A DNA stretch of 30,143 nt, taken from IMG/VR virus record IMGVR_UViG_3300006789_000101, positions 1 through 30,143 of that record, one strand, 5' to 3'. Origin of the DNA: a virus (lineage: Duplodnaviria > Caudoviricetes). The notes beneath the pieces are model-generated. The model saw only the letters and a program-made list of their open reading frames with translations. It made no database searches and was not told the DNA's origin. The position numbers and the translations under genes were made by a program. Of this stretch, positions 26,207-30,143 are shown piece by piece (within the stretch, counting starts at the first letter, position 1; the number at the start of each line of letters is the position of its first letter).

Positions 26207-28338
26207 TATCTCTTCGCTTTAACAATTACTTGCTTCCATTCATGTCGGCAATGGTAATTCTTACCCCAATATCCACCGCCTCTCTGCCATACATTTCGGT
26301 CAGCCTTGACTCCCATGTTTATGATATCCTTTAAGTCCCAAGTCTTATTGCCACCGAGCTCTCCGTTCTCTTGCTCTTCGGTTCTCTCATCTACTCCAGC
26401 GGTTACCTTACATAGCTTCTTACAGAAATCTCGAGTCGTTGAAATAACAAGCTCAGCTCCAGCATTATCTCTCAAACCATATACATAACGAATCTCGTAG
26501 ACTTCCTCCATCGGCTCTACCTCCTCAATTATCTTCTCTCCCTTTGGAGTAACCGTAGTGGAACGCTGAGTCGAATCGAGTACCTCTGATATCTCTATCT
26601 TAATTGCTCCCTCAGTTACAAGAGTCTCAAGAGCTTGAGTAACCCTTTCAACAGAAAGGTTCAGAGAACGGCTAATACTTAGGTATGGAGTTAGTGGGTC
26701 TTTGCTTAATATCTCAAGGATTGCGCTCTCTACTGCTCCGATAGAACTGAACCAATACTTGAGGCTCTGAGCTTGTCTCATAATAGCCTCTTCGTTCGAG
26801 CTGATACTTGAGAAGTCAAATGACCGAGCCTCTGAGCAAACCTCATACTTATCTGAACCAGCTGCTATCAGAGCTTCAAGATACTCCTCTCTATCATCCT
26901 CAGAAGAGAAGCCTTGAGATATTATTGCTCGAAGCTCCTCAGATACATCCTCAGGCAATTCATCCCCGTAGACTGTAGCTCTTGCCATCTCAGGCGTAAA
27001 GCCGTAGAGCTCGGTCAATACTGAGATAGCTGAACCAGCTGCTACCAATCCTTGTTTCACATTTTGAAGTAGAGTAATGATTCCCGATACTCCACCTACT
27101 GAGCCCTTGAGAGTTGCCTGAGCATCCTTAGCTTTGCCATCATCTCCAGCCTCTTCTTTTTCTACTACCTCAAGTCCTACCTTCTCACGTATCTCGTCAT
27201 TAGTCATAACTGATACTACGGTAGCCTCTGAGAACTGAACGCTGATAGGCTCTGTATCTTTGATGAATAACCTCTCCTCGAATCCTTGAAGAGACGCAAG
27301 TTCGTTGAATACTCTCTCAATTATCTGCTGCCGTCCATTCACATAGGTATTCTGGAAGAGCTCGAAGCTATCAATAAGCTGACCTCTTGATGTGAATAGA
27401 CCATCCTCCTTAATTCCGAATAGAGCTGGGTCTACCACTTGATGTCCAGCGTATAGCTCTTTCTGAACGGTGCGGTTTAGAATCTCGAAACGCTTATCAA
27501 AATCATTCCCGTTAAGCTGCTGAATCTCAGCTCCTCTCTCCTTAGAATCTGAGAAGTTTAATACTATTGAATTAGCATTATCCGTATTCGTGAACTTATC
27601 CTTTATTTGTCTCTCAATTTCTTCTTGCTCCTCAGGAGTAGGTTCTCCGTTGTAAAAATTTATAAGAGTTCCTCCCATGAACCCATTCTTGATTGAGTTG
27701 AGGTGGAAGTTCGCAATCTCTACATCGAGCTCTATATAGCTTACGCATCCCATATAAGTCGGGAGAGGATAGTATTTACAATCAGGATGATAAGCCTTAA
27801 CGTATAGCAATTGCTTACCCTCAGGCTCTTTCCAATTAAACGCCTCTATCTCCTCTACTACGGGATTATGCTTAGACCAATCCTCTGAGTAGTAATACAT
27901 AGAACCATCATCATTACTCCGATACCTTGCGAAGTCAGCATGATAGATAGCTGCTATCTTATCGTTAAGCTGATTGTAGACAATCTCAAGTGCGAAGCCA
28001 TTGTAGAGCTCCATATCCATTGCTACCTTCTCTAAGATATCATTAAGGCTCTCGTATTGATTAGGATGCTTAATGAATTGCTCCAGCTCTGCGAGCCTTA
28101 GCGTATCAAGATTCTCAGAGTTAATGCCCCATCCTTGACCGACTACATAGTCTTTCTTGGAGTTAATGATAGCATGATGCTTTGCGCTCCTACGATAGAG
28201 GTCAAGTAAGAACTCAGGGTAGCGATTTTTCCACTCACCCTCAGCTCCGAACAGAATCCAATCCTTGCCCCTGACCTCTCTGAAATCAGGAACTTTCTGA
28301 GCTGCAAAGTTCAATATCGATAGTTGACTATTCTCCAT
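26206..28338 (-). CDS. Portal protein with C-terminal extension
   Basis: N.YPEFLLDLYRRSAKHHAII, YNGFALE, YYPLP.Y, NGF, P.LFGI; C-terminal RDFC...CRHEW. Confidence 0.85.
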   Translation of the reverse strand: MENSQLSILNFAAQKVPDFREVRGKDWILFGAEGEWKNRYPEFLLDLYRRSAKHHAIINSKKDYVVGQGWGINSENLDTLRLAELEQFIKHPNQYESLNDILEKVAMDMELYNGFALEIVYNQLNDKIAAIYHADFARYRSNDDGSMYYYSEDWSKHNPVVEEIEAFNWKEPEGKQLLYVKAYHPDCKYYPLPTYMGCVSYIELDVEIANFHLNSIKNGFMGGTLINFYNGEPTPEEQEEIERQIKDKFTNTDNANSIVLNFSDSKERGAEIQQLNGNDFDKRFEILNRTVQKELYAGHQVVDPALFGIKEDGLFTSRGQLIDSFELFQNTYVNGRQQIIERVFNELASLQGFEERLFIKDTEPISVQFSEATVVSVMTNDEIREKVGLEVVEKEEAGDDGKAKDAQATLKGSVGGVSGIITLLQNVKQGLVAAGSAISVLTELYGFTPEMARATVYGDELPEDVSEELRAIISQGFSSEDDREEYLEALIAAGSDKYEVCSEARSFDFSSISSNEEAIMRQAQSLKYWFSSIGAVESAILEILSKDPLTPYLSISRSLNLSVERVTQALETLVTEGAIKIEISEVLDSTQRSTTVTPKGEKIIEEVEPMEEVYEIRYVYGLRDNAGAELVISTTRDFCKKLCKVTAGVDERTEEQENGELGGNKTWDLKDIINMGVKADRNVWQRGGGYWGKNYHCRHEWKQVIVKAKR

Positions 28339-28720
28339 AAACTACATATGTTGCATTACCTCCTACATAAGTAGGAGTAGCGGTTATTGTTCCATCTACT
28401 TTAACTATCCCTTGCTCAAGCATCGAGAGCCCTGATGGGTCTACGTTAGAGCTGGAAGAATTGGCGTACACATAGTATCTCCATTGTCCTTCATTACTCA
28501 GCTTTATCTCAGCATTTGCTGGAGTAGGAGTTCCACTACCAACCTCAGTCAAAGTGAACTTGTTATATCGAGCTGGGTAGAGGCTTGAGTCCTGAGCTAT
28601 TGCATAGACTATTTGTTCCGTAGTATCACTCTTGAACTCGAATAAGTAATAGGTAGCCGTCCCTTTTTCTGTGAGGGTTACGACCACCGTATTGCTGCTA
28701 TCTTGGTTGATGTTTATCAA
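28328..28720 (-). CDS. Virion structural protein (head closure-like)
   Basis: TLTE, YLFEF, RYNKF, GQWRYYVY, LEQGIV; upstream of the portal. Confidence 0.5.
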   Translation of the reverse strand: MININQDSSNTVVVTLTEKGTATYYLFEFKSDTTEQIVYAIAQDSSLYPARYNKFTLTEVGSGTPTPANAEIKLSNEGQWRYYVYANSSSSNVDPSGLSMLEQGIVKVDGTITATPTYVGGNATYVVYGE

Positions 28721-29169
28721 ACCGCGAATACTACAAACTCGATATCAACATCTGAAGTATCTGCTTGAGCACTAATCACATCAATATCATCGAACGAGGA
28801 GAATGCCGAACCACTTGAGTTAGCACTAATGTCTCCACTTGATAACATAAATGTAGCACCAGCTGGAATCTTTAAATCGAATGTATCATGCGATGTTTTT
28901 GATACTCTAACTCTTACGTAGTTGGTATCGTCCAAATTAGTGATGCGGAAATAGTTGAGATTTGCTCGAATAAATTTACCCTGACCGTTAGCGGTTGATA
29001 ATGCTATTAGGTCTATCTGTCCCGAAGATGGAACGGTCTCTACTCTGCGGTCTGTCTCCGCAACATTGGATATAGTTCTCGAGTGATTTCCACCACGATC
29101 TACTCCTCCAAGAGTCAGACTTTCTGTTATCGAAATTGTCGCAGTTGCTGCGGTTACTGTACTTGCCAT
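28717..29169 (-). CDS. Structural protein (150 aa; start revised to MASTVTAA)
   Basis: YFRITNLDDTNYV motif; ATG at 29169 follows the putative late promoter. Confidence 0.6.
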   Translation of the reverse strand: MASTVTAATATISITESLTLGGVDRGGNHSRTISNVAETDRRVETVPSSGQIDLIALSTANGQGKFIRANLNYFRITNLDDTNYVRVRVSKTSHDTFDLKIPAGATFMLSSGDISANSSGSAFSSFDDIDVISAQADTSDVDIEFVVFAV

Positions 29170-29183
29170 TAGATGGGTCTTTT

Positions 29184-29215
29184 TTAGTAAGTAGCAAAGC
29201 CTGATTTTCGTGCCA
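29184..29215 (-). promoter_or_regulatory. Putative phage late promoter
   Basis: TGGCACGAAA-N11-CTACTTACTAA; boxes shared with 149-176 and 8454-8473. Confidence 0.55.
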
Positions 29216-29404
29216 ATAAGCCCAGCAAAAAACAAGTGAAAAACGGGCGCAAATTGGAGATATTAGAGAAAAATACTAAATCGCTGAGAATGCGGTTTTA
29301 AAGCGTTCTAAGAGCATAACGGGTCTGAGTGGATATAGTATATTAAAAAAAAAAGATAGTCGAAACCCTTGATATGAGTGGGATGTAGAGCCGCACCTGA
29401 TTTC

Positions 29405-29440
29405 CAAAAAGAAAGGGCTACCCGTTAGAATAGCCCTCTC
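29405..29440 (-). terminator. Intrinsic terminator after tail tube gene
   Basis: GAGAGGGCTATTC-TAAC-GGGTAGCCCTTTC then TTTTT. Confidence 0.8.
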
Positions 29441-29499
29441 ATATCATGGAAAAAAACAGCCTGATTATTGTGGCAAATCAGACTGCTAATATACACTAA

Positions 29500-30048
29500 T
29501 TATGGATGCGTGGTAGTGTTAGTTACTGCGCTAATAAGTGCGGCAGCTGATGCTGCTTCAATCTGTAACATAGGAGCAGCCTCCATGCCCGAAAGCGTTA
29601 AGGTGTATCCTTGTAAATCTGCATACGCAGTACCCGTCGCTGAAGTTCCAGCTGAGACCTCAAGTCCCGTAGTTACTCCGCAAACGAAATACCCAGCAGT
29701 CTCGTCATTAGTCTCAACGATTGCGACCAAACGATTCTGAGCAAGAAGCTTGATTTCATTTCTACGAACTGCATCCAGCTTACTCATTACGATGGTAACC
29801 TCAGGAGTGTAATAAACTGTTCCAGCAGATGGTGCAGAATTGATATTTTCTGTAAGGCTGCTCGTTTCCTTGAGCTGGTCATATTTGTAGAATGATGTCG
29901 CTGCGCTTCCCCACGCAGTTATCTCTCCTCCTGATACTGTAGCATCAAGAGCAAGGTAATCCGCAAGAGTAGCGATACGAACTGACTTCACGCCACCTAT
30001 TGCGTCCTTGCAATCGAGAGTAAAGCCTTTAGTTAAAGCACATGGCAT
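29500..30048 (-). CDS. Major tail (tube) protein
   Basis: C.LTKG..LDCKDAIGGVK, GTVYY, GTAYADLQGYTLTLSG.E. Confidence 0.75.
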   Translation of the reverse strand: MPCALTKGFTLDCKDAIGGVKSVRIATLADYLALDATVSGGEITAWGSAATSFYKYDQLKETSSLTENINSAPSAGTVYYTPEVTIVMSKLDAVRRNEIKLLAQNRLVAIVETNDETAGYFVCGVTTGLEVSAGTSATGTAYADLQGYTLTLSGMEAAPMLQIEAASAAALISAVTNTTTHP

Positions 30049-30067
30049 AGTTATTCTTTTTAGGTGG

Positions 30068-30093
30068 TAAAGGGAGAGCCCGAAAGCCCTCCC
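30068..30093 (-). terminator. UUCG-tetraloop hairpin/terminator after the capsid gene
   Basis: GGGAGGGCT-TTCG-GGCTCTCCC followed by TTTA. Confidence 0.7.
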
Positions 30094-30104
30094 ATGAAAT
30101 CAAT

Positions 30105-30143
30105 TTATACTACTCGACCTACTTGGTCTAAATACGCTATCTG
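30105..30143 (-). CDS. Partial CDS (3' end), probable major capsid protein
   Basis: ...QIAYLDQVGRVV*; followed by a strong hairpin and the tail tube gene. Confidence 0.5.
   Translation of the reverse strand, partial: QIAYLDQVGRVV

Noticed and set aside
29170-29235. Track's N-terminal extension (MFFAGLIG...) of the 28717 ORF
   Set aside because: It runs through the promoter-like motif; ATG at 29169 is the more plausible start.
209-29740. Plus-strand ORFs in the track (e.g. 209-481, 11281-11694, 21402-21848, 29468-29740)
   Set aside because: All are antisense shadows of well-supported minus-strand genes, Ser/Leu-rich and without motifs.
1-30143. tRNA genes, integrase/att site, stop-codon recoding
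   Set aside because: No cloverleaf or recombinase was recognised; genes are full length and densely packed under the standard code, with TAA, TAG and TGA all used as stops.

Overview
Most of the genome of a small tailed dsDNA phage, probably a siphovirus of a Bacteroidota/Flavobacteriia host. All credible genes lie on the minus strand. In transcription order (right to left): 3' end of a probable major capsid gene, tail tube, portal, head-tail connectors, a DUF285/BspA-like protein, holin-endolysin-spanin-like lysis genes and a metallophosphoesterase. A Bacteroidota-type promoter then precedes small early ORFs, an Erf/YqaJ/SSB/NinG recombination module, a DUF6291-like replication initiator and an ECF-like sigma factor. 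Next come a 7-deazaguanine DNA-modification cluster (ParB-like, dpdA-like, queC-like, queD, queE, folE), TerS/TerL, a tail chaperone with a -1 frameshift, tail genes, tape measure, XkdF-like protease and the start of a scaffold gene. The most unusual element is the dpdA-like gene. It begins with four tandem in-frame MK(V/I)(Y/F)(L/M)A starts, each followed by a different loop, and carries a G9 tract and a 17-bp direct repeat, suggesting a switchable specificity cassette. It sits beside a truncated QueC and a QueE with an atypical Cys motif, in a genome strongly enriched in GAGCTC/AGCT but depleted of other palindromes. All calls come from motif recognition by eye; no searches were run.
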